The notes under the pieces were generated by a model. The model saw nothing but the letters and a program-made list of their open reading frames with translations, did not search any database and was not told the DNA's origin. From Desulfotalea psychrophila LSv54 (GTDB lineage: Bacteria > Desulfobacterota > Desulfobulbia > Desulfobulbales > Desulfocapsaceae), in the NCBI RefSeq assembly GCF_000025945.1, contig NC_006138.1, positions 2,250,001-2,282,000 of the forward strand: DNA of 32,000 nt, given 5' to 3'. The translations under genes were made by a program, and so were the position numbers. Position 1 is the stretch's first letter; each line of letters opens with the position of its first letter. Below are positions 8,858 to 18,700 of the stretch, one piece after another.

Positions 8858-11692
8858 TTGATTGTAGAGAGACCTATTTTGAGTACAGAGAGCATAAAAA
8901 GATTAGCACTTCGTTTTGGTATGCGTGCCCGATTATCGGATAATTTTTCTAAGGTCATAGCAGAAGTTAGGCAAATGTTGGAAAAGAGTCCCTGGCTTAT
9001 AATTAAAAATCAAAAAATTTACTATGATTCCCGAATAAATGGTCTCCTTCCTCTTTTTCATCTGCATAAAAATTTTGTTTGTAGCGCAGATGATAAGGCA
9101 CAGGCCATCAGGGAAAAGCTTAAGAAAAACTATGGGCAACAGCTTGACTGGCAGCTTATTAACAGGGATGAAATTCAACAGGCCATTATAACCAGTAGCA
9201 CAGTCCCCTATAAGAGGGGGAAAAATTACTCTATTTTCATGGGAAATAAGGAGGTGGTCTTTGTTCTCTGTGAAAACAAGGGACAGGTTGTCTGTCTTGG
9301 ACTTAACCATATTCTCAAGGAGAAGATGGTTAATATCATAGAGATTAGAGAGATACTGAGCCTTGAGGAATTTGCATCCTTTGCTGCTCTTATCCCCATT
9401 GTTCGCTTTAGTCGTCTTTCAAGGGAGGGCGTTCAGCCCGAAGAGGTTCTTCTTCACTTTTTAAAGCTTGGCCTTGTACCTGAAAATTTGAAATTAGAAA
9501 AAGAGTATTTTTTTCTGATGGAGTATGTTCTTAAGGGTCTGAAAGAAATAGGCCCAACAAATAGGCATGTGACTCTGCAAGAGGCCATTAAGGCAGGAGA
9601 GAGACTTGTTCTTTCAACAACTCTGGTTGATTCTCTACTCAGAGACGATACTCGCCGGGCAGACATAAAACAGTACCCTAGAAAAATAATTGAAGATGTT
9701 AATGAGGGGCACTGGGAGCTTTGGCCCAGCAAAGGTGCTGAGCTGACTGATATTGAACTAAAGATCCCCCTTATTGCCAGAGACCCTGCCAGTAGTATTA
9801 TAGACGGGGTGGTGGGAATCGATTTTGGCACTAAGAGCACCGTTGTCGTCGCTCAAAAAGAGTCTCTGCACTCCCTGCCTCTGCGAATTGGTACCGGTGA
9901 TCTTGCAAAAAAAATCAGTAAAACGCACTACGAAAACCCTACTATTATTGAGTTTAACGATCTACAGTCTTTTTATAGGGACTATTGTCTGGAAGAGGGG
10001 CGCCCTTTCACCTCTTGGCAGGATGTCACCGTCTCTCATACTGCCCTTAACTCCCTGCAGGAATCTTCCAGTAGCTGTGACTACTACTCTTATCTGCGTG
10101 ACCTGAAGCAGTGGGCAGGACAGAAACAGCAAAAAATAAATATTATTGATAAGAAAAATTATCTTGAAGCCCTGCCCCCATATTTTGAGATAGAACCAGG
10201 GACACTTGATCCTCTGGAAATTTATGCCTACTATCTGGGGCTTTATATCAACAATCAGCATGATGGTATCTATCTTAACTACTATCTCTCCTTTCCCATA
10301 ACCTACGAACTGGCCATACGAAAAAAAATTACCGCAAGTTTTAGGGCGGGTATCCGTAAATCTCTTCCTCCTGCCCTGCTTGAAAATGAGGAAGAGATGA
10401 CAAAGTTTCGGGTAAGAATGGGGGCAAGTGAACCGGCTGCCTATGCCATCACGGCCCTGCACAGTTATAAATTTGAGCCAGAAGGTGAGCAACGGATACT
10501 CTACGGCATCTTTGATTTTGGTGGGGGGACCACCGATTTTGACTTTGGTATGTGGCGGGAGGCAAAGGGCATAAAGGAGAAACGATATGACTACGCAATT
10601 GAGCATTTTGGCGCAGGTGGAGATCGTTTCTTAGGAGGCGAGCATCTCCTGGAATTGTTGGCCTTTGATATATTTAAGAACAACTACGAACAACTGCAAA
10701 AGGATAGTATATCTTTCCCTCGTCCACCCGAATGTTTTGAGTTTGCCGGTTCAGAGCTACTTCTGGCTAACTCCCGGGAGGCTCAGATGAATATGACCCA
10801 TCTTGCCGAAAAGCTCCGCCCCTTTTGGGAACAGCATGAGGGAAATGAGCAACTCTTTCAGGAGTGCATTCATCTCAACCTATGGGACAACCAGGGTAAA
10901 CAGAAGGTTAACTATCAGCTCTTCTGTAACAGAGAGAAGATGGCAGAGATCATAAGAGCCAGAATTGCCCGAGGAGTTGAGAGTTTTTTAGAGGCCATTT
11001 ATCGCGTTTTTTCTCAAAAGACAGAGCAACTACAACTCCGGGAGAAGATTCATATCTTCCTGGCAGGAAATTCCAGTCAATCTCATTGGGTTGAGGAGAT
11101 ATTTAAGGCCTATATTGCAGAAAAAAGTCCGGAGATATTTCCTCAGGATGGAGGAGGCGAGGCAGGTTTTGAGCTCTTTCCACCCTTGGGTACAGAGAGG
11201 AGCTATGCCATCATGGATCTACGGGGTAGTTCCTACGATAAATATTCCATGGAGGCGCCTACAGGTAAGACGGGTGTAGCTTTTGGTCTGGTCCGTAGCA
11301 GAAAGGGATCACGCATCAAGGTTATTGATCATAATTTATCTGATCGGGAGATTAGCTGTCCCTATTATATAGGTAGCGAGAAGAAGGGACGTTTTATTGT
11401 TGATATTGATAGAGAGGATCCCTACGGTAAGTGGTATTGCTTTATTGATGCCAGTGAGGAGGAGTTCGAGTTTTACTATACCGATCAGCTTATGGCCCTG
11501 GCCAGCAGCATCGACATTGCCGATCAGACTATTCGGGTAAAACGATTGATAATAGATAGGGTTGATGAGGATGCATGGGTTTACCTACGCAAAAAAACAC
11601 CGACAACCCTTGAGTATGTGGTGGCTTACGAAGGTGGTATCGAAGAGGAAAAATATCTCGGTGATATTCAATCCGTTGAGCTTACCGTCTAA
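8858..11692 (+). CDS. Atypical Hsp70/actin-fold ATPase (944 aa) with unrecognised N-terminal (~315 aa) and C-terminal (~150 aa) extensions
   Basis: Three nucleotide-binding signatures occur in canonical order: GIDFGTKST (aa 320-328), FDFGGGTTDFDF (aa 552-563), IFLAGNSSQS (aa 734-743). The start is uncertain: TTG 8858 opens the ORF, the first ATG is at 8921, and neither has a good SD. Confidence 0.75.
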   Translation: MIVERPILSTESIKRLALRFGMRARLSDNFSKVIAEVRQMLEKSPWLIIKNQKIYYDSRINGLLPLFHLHKNFVCSADDKAQAIREKLKKNYGQQLDWQLINRDEIQQAIITSSTVPYKRGKNYSIFMGNKEVVFVLCENKGQVVCLGLNHILKEKMVNIIEIREILSLEEFASFAALIPIVRFSRLSREGVQPEEVLLHFLKLGLVPENLKLEKEYFFLMEYVLKGLKEIGPTNRHVTLQEAIKAGERLVLSTTLVDSLLRDDTRRADIKQYPRKIIEDVNEGHWELWPSKGAELTDIELKIPLIARDPASSIIDGVVGIDFGTKSTVVVAQKESLHSLPLRIGTGDLAKKISKTHYENPTIIEFNDLQSFYRDYCLEEGRPFTSWQDVTVSHTALNSLQESSSSCDYYSYLRDLKQWAGQKQQKINIIDKKNYLEALPPYFEIEPGTLDPLEIYAYYLGLYINNQHDGIYLNYYLSFPITYELAIRKKITASFRAGIRKSLPPALLENEEEMTKFRVRMGASEPAAYAITALHSYKFEPEGEQRILYGIFDFGGGTTDFDFGMWREAKGIKEKRYDYAIEHFGAGGDRFLGGEHLLELLAFDIFKNNYEQLQKDSISFPRPPECFEFAGSELLLANSREAQMNMTHLAEKLRPFWEQHEGNEQLFQECIHLNLWDNQGKQKVNYQLFCNREKMAEIIRARIARGVESFLEAIYRVFSQKTEQLQLREKIHIFLAGNSSQSHWVEEIFKAYIAEKSPEIFPQDGGGEAGFELFPPLGTERSYAIMDLRGSSYDKYSMEAPTGKTGVAFGLVRSRKGSRIKVIDHNLSDREISCPYYIGSEKKGRFIVDIDREDPYGKWYCFIDASEEEFEFYYTDQLMALASSIDIADQTIRVKRLIIDRVDEDAWVYLRKKTPTTLEYVVAYEGGIEEEKYLGDIQSVELTV

Positions 11693-12407
11693 GAGAGAGG
11701 GCGCCTCGCTGGGTGACAACCGCTGCATCGGGGTAGCCTGCGGCAAGAAGCGCCTTTTTAAAGCCCTTGGCCTTTACCCGAGAGTAACCGGCAAAAATTT
11801 GTACCAGATAAAGGGTCTTGCCGTCCCTTCTGGCTTTTTGAATTTTTGTCCTATGCCCTCCCCTGCTAAAACGTTTTTCCAGGGCTAAGGCCTTCTCTTT
11901 GTTGGCCAAGGCCGCTATCTGCACAGAAAAATTCTCCCTCTCTATCCCAGGGCGGGGATAGTTGCCATGGTTGTCCGGCTGGGCAGCTTGGATGAGGACA
12001 TTGGCTATTCCGTCTTCAGACATCCCCAGACGTCTGGATGCCTCGTAACTGAGGTCAATGATCCTTCCCCTGATGAAGGGCCCCCGGTCATTAACCCTTA
12101 CCAATACCCGCCTGCTATTCTTTAAATTGGTCACCACCAGAACAGTTTGCATGGGCAGGGTCTTATGGGCAGCTGTCATGGAAAACATGTCATATCTCTC
12201 TCCGTTTGAGGTTAGCCGTCCCTGAAACTTGCCGCCATACCAAGAGGCCACTCCCCATTGGGAGAAACCCGCACTGGTGGGCAGAGGATAGTATTTGACA
12301 TGCTTAACGATATAGGGCCGCTGAGTTGCCTTAACCTTGGCAAAAACAGGGCTGGGCAGAAGAGAGGCGAGAATGGTGGCTAAAAAAAAGATAATTGCTT
12401 TTTTCAT
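11682..12407 (-). CDS. rlpA: Septal-ring lytic transglycosylase RlpA family protein (DPBB domain + C-terminal SPOR domain)
   Basis: Signal peptide MKKAIIFFLATILASLLPSPVFA. The DPBB core is GVASWYGGKFQGRLTSNGERYDMFSMTAAHKTLPMQTVLVVTNL...VRVNDRGPF..GRIIDLS. The SPOR-like tail is FSVQIAALANKEKALALEKRF...LYLVQIFAGYSRVKAKGFKKALLAAGYPDAAVV. Confidence 0.9.
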   Translation of the reverse strand: MKKAIIFFLATILASLLPSPVFAKVKATQRPYIVKHVKYYPLPTSAGFSQWGVASWYGGKFQGRLTSNGERYDMFSMTAAHKTLPMQTVLVVTNLKNSRRVLVRVNDRGPFIRGRIIDLSYEASRRLGMSEDGIANVLIQAAQPDNHGNYPRPGIERENFSVQIAALANKEKALALEKRFSRGGHRTKIQKARRDGKTLYLVQIFAGYSRVKAKGFKKALLAAGYPDAAVVTQRGALSLRR

Positions 12408-12474
12408 ATTGAGTTGTTTTTACGACATAGTCTGGTTTTGACTCAGGTATTTTTAAATTTACATTTCATATCTA

Positions 12475-12503
12475 TTGAACTTTAAAGAATTACCTGCTAT
12501 AAA
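12475..12503 (+). promoter_or_regulatory. Sigma70-type promoter for tRNA-Thr
   Basis: TTGAAC (12475-12480), a 17-nt spacer, then TATAAA (12498-12503). The -10 hexamer ends 14 nt upstream of the mature tRNA 5' end. Confidence 0.5.
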
Positions 12504-12517
12504 GTTGAAAGCTGTGA

Positions 12518-12593
12518 GCCAACATAGCTCAGTTGGTAGAGCGACGCTCTCGTAAAGCGTAGGCCAGCGGTTCGATCCCGCTTGTTGGCTCCA
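12518..12593 (+). tRNA. tRNA-Thr (anticodon CGU), CCA encoded
   Basis: Hand-folded cloverleaf. Acceptor GCCAACA/TGTTGGC, D arm GCTC-AGTTGGTA-GAGC, anticodon arm ACGCT-CTCGTAA-AGCGT (anticodon CGT), variable AGGCC, T arm AGCGG-TTCGATC-CCGCT, discriminator T, CCA. Total 76 nt. Confidence 0.9.
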
Positions 12594-12601
12594 AGAAATT
12601 C

Positions 12602-12645
12602 AAGGGTTTAGAGGATAATTTCTCTAAACCCTTTTTTGTTTTAAA
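12602..12645 (+). terminator. Rho-independent terminator after tRNA-Thr
   Basis: Perfect 12-bp stem AAGGGTTTAGAG (12602-12613) / CTCTAAACCCTT (12622-12633) with an 8-nt loop, followed by TTTTGTTTT. Confidence 0.8.
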
Positions 12646-12650
12646 AACGG

Positions 12651-12670
12651 TGGGACGGTGATGGGACGGT
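12651..12670. repeat. Direct repeat TGGGACGGT x2 with 11-nt periodicity
   Basis: TGGGACGGT occurs at 12651-12659 and 12662-12670. The repeats sit in the 152-nt gap between the tRNA terminator and the stop of the giant phage gene. Confidence 0.6.
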
Positions 12671-12797
12671 AAATAAGATGACTTTTTGTTCTTTGCCGTG
12701 AAATTATGTGAAGAGAATTTTTTCATTTTATTTTTCCCTTTATCGTTTTTGAAGTGCCCTACTTCTTTTTCACCTGTCAAATTTACCGCACGATCAT

Positions 12798-15700
12798 CTA
12801 CTCATTAGACCGAGACCGTTCAAGCTTGGTTGCCCTCTGGGCTCTTTTCAAAACTAATCTAATCTGACGACCAGGATTTATCGGTCGAATGTCAACCCGA
12901 CCAATACCGTGGGCAAGTTCGTTGTATCGACTTATCTCTTTAAAAAGTTCTGCAGGAGTACCCTTTTGGTACAGGTAGATCTTTTTGATAAGGCTGTTTA
13001 TCTCAGTTCGTCGCTCTTGCATTCGTTTTGCTACTTTCTTTTCGTGCCACTGCTTTTCTCGGATTCCAGAAATGCGGGCAGGGTTAAAAGAAAAAAAGCG
13101 AACCGTCGCATCAAATCCATCGGCTTTTAAAGGTTCTGTACCATAGTAGACGGGACTGTAGGAGCCGGTTGTCACCCCTTCAGCCGCTTCACGAACAGCT
13201 TTTGACATAGAGCCAAAGGCAGTGGGCAACATAGCCTCTGCACCCTTTGAGAGTTCCCCTCTGCCAAGGTGTTTGATGCCTCGGGCTGTATCTGTAAAAA
13301 TAGCCCCGGGAGCGCCGAAGACTTCGGCAAGAGTTCTCGGCATAGGATTGTTTAACTGCAAAGAACCCTTAAGATTCACACCAGCAAGGCCTGCAAGTCC
13401 ATGGCGTAAGAATCTTTCACCACCAAAGGTTCTTTCGGCCCAGGTGTAGAACCTTTCTTCGGGATCATCTCCATCGGCAAACCCAAGGGCCCCGGCAAAG
13501 GCTGCAAGTACGGGAGTTGCAAGTGAAGCACCAGCTCCGGCAAGTACTGCAGGAGATAAAAGCATATACGCGGACTCTTTTATATTCCCTTTAAGACCTA
13601 AGTCTATCATATTAAGTGCATAATTATGAGAGAATTTCTGAAAAGTGTATAAAAGCTTTGCAGGATTGTAGGATCCTCTCGTCCAGGCAGGCATGGTTGC
13701 TTTACCGTAAATCCCATGAGCGCTATCACTTATACTCTTTGCCTTATGCATTGCCTCTTCTCGGGAGAGACTTGTCTGCTCTAATAATTTTTTGTAGGCA
13801 GCATAGATACTTACCGCCCGATTGGTTTTTTCCACAGCGCCAAAAAGTTTCATGGCATACTCGTTAAAAATTTGCCATCGTCGCCCTACTTTGGATTGCA
13901 ATACCGAGGCGTTTTCTTGATTAAACTGGGCTTCATCCCAGCCTCTTGCAGAGATATCTAAAAAGATTTGCCTCTCTTTATCGCTTAATAATCTCTTTTC
14001 CCCGGGCGCTTTTCTGCTATCTCGCAAATATTTACCATAGTCCACGGGCGCTCGGCGGATAACCGACAATGCTTTTGATAACCCGCAACCCGTTTCAGCA
14101 GAGATAATTGCAGGCACAGCCTGAACCATGTTTGTGGCGTTAACGGCGGCTGAACTCACCCTAAAGCCAAGAAACTTAATAACGGCAAGTCCCTTCAAGG
14201 TTCCCATGACTCGATCTACTTGCTCTTCGTTTCGCAGAACTTCCCTCATCCAGGAGATGGCCTCCCCATAAAGATTTTTCTGCCTGGTAGGATTCAAACG
14301 CCTTTTCTCCACAAATTTGCTATAGGCCTCCCAACTTTTATCAGCACTTCTTCCATTCTTGAATTCAGTAAAAGAGATATCGCGACCAGCGAGGGCCTCT
14401 ATCATTTTTCTGGCGGCATTTTTCTTGGCAAATCCTGCTGACAAGCCTCGAGCATATTGGGTACCAGCCAAAAGCATATCCTCTTCAAAACCTTTTACAT
14501 ATTTTGTTGAACGAGCGATACGGCTGGACAAATAACCTCGACCCTTGAAAATTTCTGCAAGATTCATACTGAGAAGTTTATTTATCTCTTGGGAGATTGC
14601 GGGAGTATCGTTGATACCGCCTTTGGTAACCGCCTCTTGAAGTAGAGCGTCAAGGGAAGAGACAAGTTGCATGGCATCAAAAACAGATTCTGGGGTGGAT
14701 TGATCTTTTTTTGCCTCAACGTGGTACCCGCGCTTTTTCAAATTCCGTCCATCTTTCTCCAACGTTTCGACGAAGGGAAGAAATCCTGTTGCAGTATTAA
14801 AAAGTTTTTTGATAAACCAGGAGGCGGATCGCCCCTGCTTAATTTCACCCGTTTCATTGTTGAGGGCATAGGAGTCCACTGCATAAAAATCATACTTCTT
14901 CATAATTGAGGGCTGTCCCTCTTTGGTTGCCCAAAGAATTACGCCACCAGACTGTCTCTGTCTTGGGAAATATGCTCCACGCAGATCACCCATTTCAGCA
15001 ATCAGCTCGGCTAGCGACATCTCTTTACGAATTTCATTATCCCTTTGTCTCTTGAGTTGGTGATGTCGAGTGCCGGCAGCTTGAGCTACCACTTTGTCGC
15101 CGAATTCGGCAACTCTCTTACCATTCTTATAGAGGGCCCAGCGACGTGACTCATCCACCAACGCTACCGTTGGTTCATCAAGGCCAGCCTCATTGGCTCG
15201 GGAAAGTATTTTTCTTAGATCTGCAACCATCCAATCAAAGGCGCGGTTGGTCATCTTGCGAAAGGAACTAATCAGTAATCGAGAATTTTCTGATAATTTC
15301 TGCACTCTTGGTGATTTCTGTTCAAATTCTATTATTGCGGCATTGGCACTTGCCTCCTCTGTAAAAACTTCCAAGAGAACGCCTTTAGGATCCATAACAT
15401 GAAATCGTTCGGATTTTTCCGTGTTATAATTAGGACGAACCTTGTCCTTATATTTACCACGAGCCTGCTGCTCTTTTAGATGTTTTGCGGAGAGTTCATA
15501 CGCCTGCAGCTGGGTATCAGTATACCCTAAAACCGTATCATCGGGAGTCTTCACTAGCCAGGCCATCTGTCTCTTCACCTTGAAAGAGTTACCACTTTGA
15601 TCAACATCGAGCAGATAGTTATTTGCCTGTTCATAGGTAGCGTTATCTTCTTTTTTCGCTTTTTGAAAGGTGGTGACAAAATCCTGTAGAATATCCTCTT

Positions 15701-18700
15701 CCATGGAAAATTTTTCATCCCGGCGTTCCAACTGAGCCATAAACATTCGGCTCGTCGCCCCTGACTTTTTAAAAAACTTCTCAGGAGCCGAAAGTATCTT
15801 TTCCATGAAGTTCATATCAGCAGGAGATGGCTTGTTCTTTATCTGATCAATCTTCTCGAGATAACCTTTGCCGGTCTCAGTCACGCTGTCATGGAAGTAT
15901 TTTTCACCAGGTTCCTGCTCTTTATCTATTTTGGCATGGGAATATCTGATGGCGTCATTATTGTTTTTCTTCTGATTAGTTCGCAATGCGGCCCCGGCCA
16001 TGGCTTTGAGGTCGGCAGCGGTTAATGAATTAACAAATTCAGCACCTAAAAATCTTATGAGAAGTGCTTTTACCCTGGCCAGGAAACGACGTACTAGGCC
16101 AATTTGCGCTGTATCTTCAACAAGATAGGCAATGACTTCCTCGGCATAATGTTCAAGCGGAGTATCCTTAGGTACCCTGTTTATCGCCTTGCGAATAGCT
16201 GCACCCGTTGGGGTGTTGCTGTTTTTACGTCGTAATACGGATCTCTTGAGGGTTTGAAACTCTTTGTCCGCAAGAAGGAGATGGTTAAGGTGCACCCCCA
16301 CCTCATGGTGCAGCACATCCTGTCCTTTACCTTGAGCAATGCTGTCAGCTACCAAGTATGTTTTGTTGGCAACGGTAAAGCCCTGGATAAAGCCATTTTG
16401 GGAATAGAAGATATCAATCTTTGTCTTTAGGGGGGTGGGATTCGTTCGAACAGAATAATACGGTTCACCTTGCAGACCGGCGATAATTTCTTGAGCTTCT
16501 TTTTGAGTGCTAAGAATAGAAAGGGTGCCGGTACGGATCATCCGGGAAATGGTGCTCCGGCCAACGGCTTTGTTGAGTTCTGCTTGAAGGGTAGCGGGGG
16601 TTAACCCACTATTTTGATATTCGGATTCCGCTCTTGTAGACGTTTTTTGGCGTAAATCGCTTTCTCCTTTAATAAGCGCATTTCTGAGGGATTCAACAGA
16701 ACCGTATTTGAGGACATAGTTGCCTTCTGAGTTGGTGAGGGCTTCGATGGTTCCTGAGATATCGAATTGTTGGAGGACGGTTTCGAGTTTTTCACGACCG
16801 AATTTCCTTATAAGTTGGTTAATGGTAGTTTCTTTTATCCCTACTATAGTGCCTCCTTGCACCGAAGCAAGGGAAGAGATGGCCACAACCTCACCACCGT
16901 TGTTCGCTATATAGTGCCGCAGTTCATGAATTGTACCTCCTTGGGTAAGCATATCATCCAGGATAATATATTTGCCACCCTTAACCACTGGCCCCTTAAA
17001 TAGCTTCCTGGCGAGGATACGGCTAGAACCTTTTAACCGCCTCCTTTTGGTCTTGCTTATCTGGTGAATAGAAAGTTGCGCTGAAAGCCCTGCCTTACCA
17101 AACTGATCCGCCATTGCGACGGGAATAAAGTTAACCCCCTCTTCCTCTAGTTCATGCACCGGCACCACTATGGCATCGGGATATTTTGCCGCCAACTCCT
17201 TAATTTTAGCCGGTTTCATTAGGCTCTCTACCAATCGAACCGCCGCGTCAAAATCACCAGCCTTGGCCGCCTTAAAATCGGGGTGACTTCGCAGGGTGCT
17301 CGGATTGGTATGAACCGTGGCTTTTTCAAGGGTTTGTGGCCACGGGGTAACACTTGACCTGGAATAGAGAAGGGTGCCCTTCTCAGTCTCTTTGCTCTTG
17401 AGAGTCTTAAAGAGATCGGTGAAGGCAGGGCCGACCGTCTTCAACTCATCTTCCTTCAGGTAGGGATAGGAATCAGGCTCCTTGCTGTCCCCCTCCCTGA
17501 TTGAGTTGGCCAGCTTTGCCAACAGATTTTCCATATAAACATCGGAGGTTACAATATTGGCCAGATAGTCATTGAGATAGCCCTTGGCTCTGTTCTGTTC
17601 GATGATATAGCTCTCAAAACTCCGGGCACTCATCTCTATCTCAGTACCCCAATATTTTTTCGTCCTCTTCTTATCCAGTTCAGCGGATCTTTCATAAAGC
17701 TTTGTCCCATTAATCTTTGCCATTAGATTATTGAAGGCGGCAACAACCTCCGTCCTGACCTTCTCGCCTCCATTGTTCTTCCCGGCAAAGACTTCGGCTG
17801 TCATATAGTACCCCCCCCTCTCAGCACCGGCATCCCTGGCCCCAAAATGGTTATCCAGGGCGTGCCACCACTCATGGGCCAAACTCCCGGCCCCGCTTTT
17901 TCGGGTCAGGTTAATAACAACCTTGCCGGGCTCATAGTGGGCCATAGCAGCATTTTTGCCGCCAGATCCCCGGGCACCAAAGGCCAGACTAAGTTCACCA
18001 TTAAGAGAGATCGCCCTGGGCGGGATACCAAGCAGGTTGGCCAAATCGTATAAACCATCAAAGGCATTGTTCAGGGCCATCTGTCTTTCACCGCTGGCCT
18101 TAACCCAATTGCCAAACTCCACTCCCTTGAAATTAAAGGCCTCCTGAAACATCTCTGGGCTAACATCCTTACCCTGCCGGTGATTCTCCCCTATCCGTTC
18201 CTCATTTGATTTACGGCGATGGTCAGGGGTATATTTACGAAGCTCCAACTCTTTAACCAACTCGTCGTAGTGTTCCTTTAAATATGTCCGGGCCTCGGCA
18301 GCATTGGGAAAACTCTTGAGGTCGAGATGTGACCCACCAACCTTCTTTCCAATCCAGATATTTTTCGGATCGGTTCGATAGTTATAGACGGTGAACTTAA
18401 CCTTTTTATCCACTGCCTTTTTCTCTCCCAAGGCTTTATAAACCGGCACAAAGTTGGCCAGTGCTTTTTCTTTTGTCTCACCGTCAGCAAGAGTCTTGAA
18501 ATTGGAATATACGTTGGCAGGGGCTTTTTGCTGAATCATCCACATATCAACGTTTTCCCGGCCCTTATAGAGACTCCAATGGATTTTGCTGAAGGTGATA
18601 CCCTTAAGAGATCTTTCATGGCCGTGAATCTCATAAAGCTCTGCCCGGCCAGCTATCTCCTGTGGCATGGCATCCCAAAAATCTTCTGTTATAAGCCCCT

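Noticed and set aside
9962-10606. 214-aa minus-strand ORF, and others at 8933-9310 and 9454-9840, inside the Hsp70-like gene
   Set aside because: They are antisense to an ORF bearing ordered Hsp70 NBD motifs, and they carry no motifs of their own.
12529-12780. 83-aa minus-strand ORF
   Set aside because: It overlaps the tRNA-Thr gene and its terminator on the opposite strand, and the sequence is Lys-rich junk.
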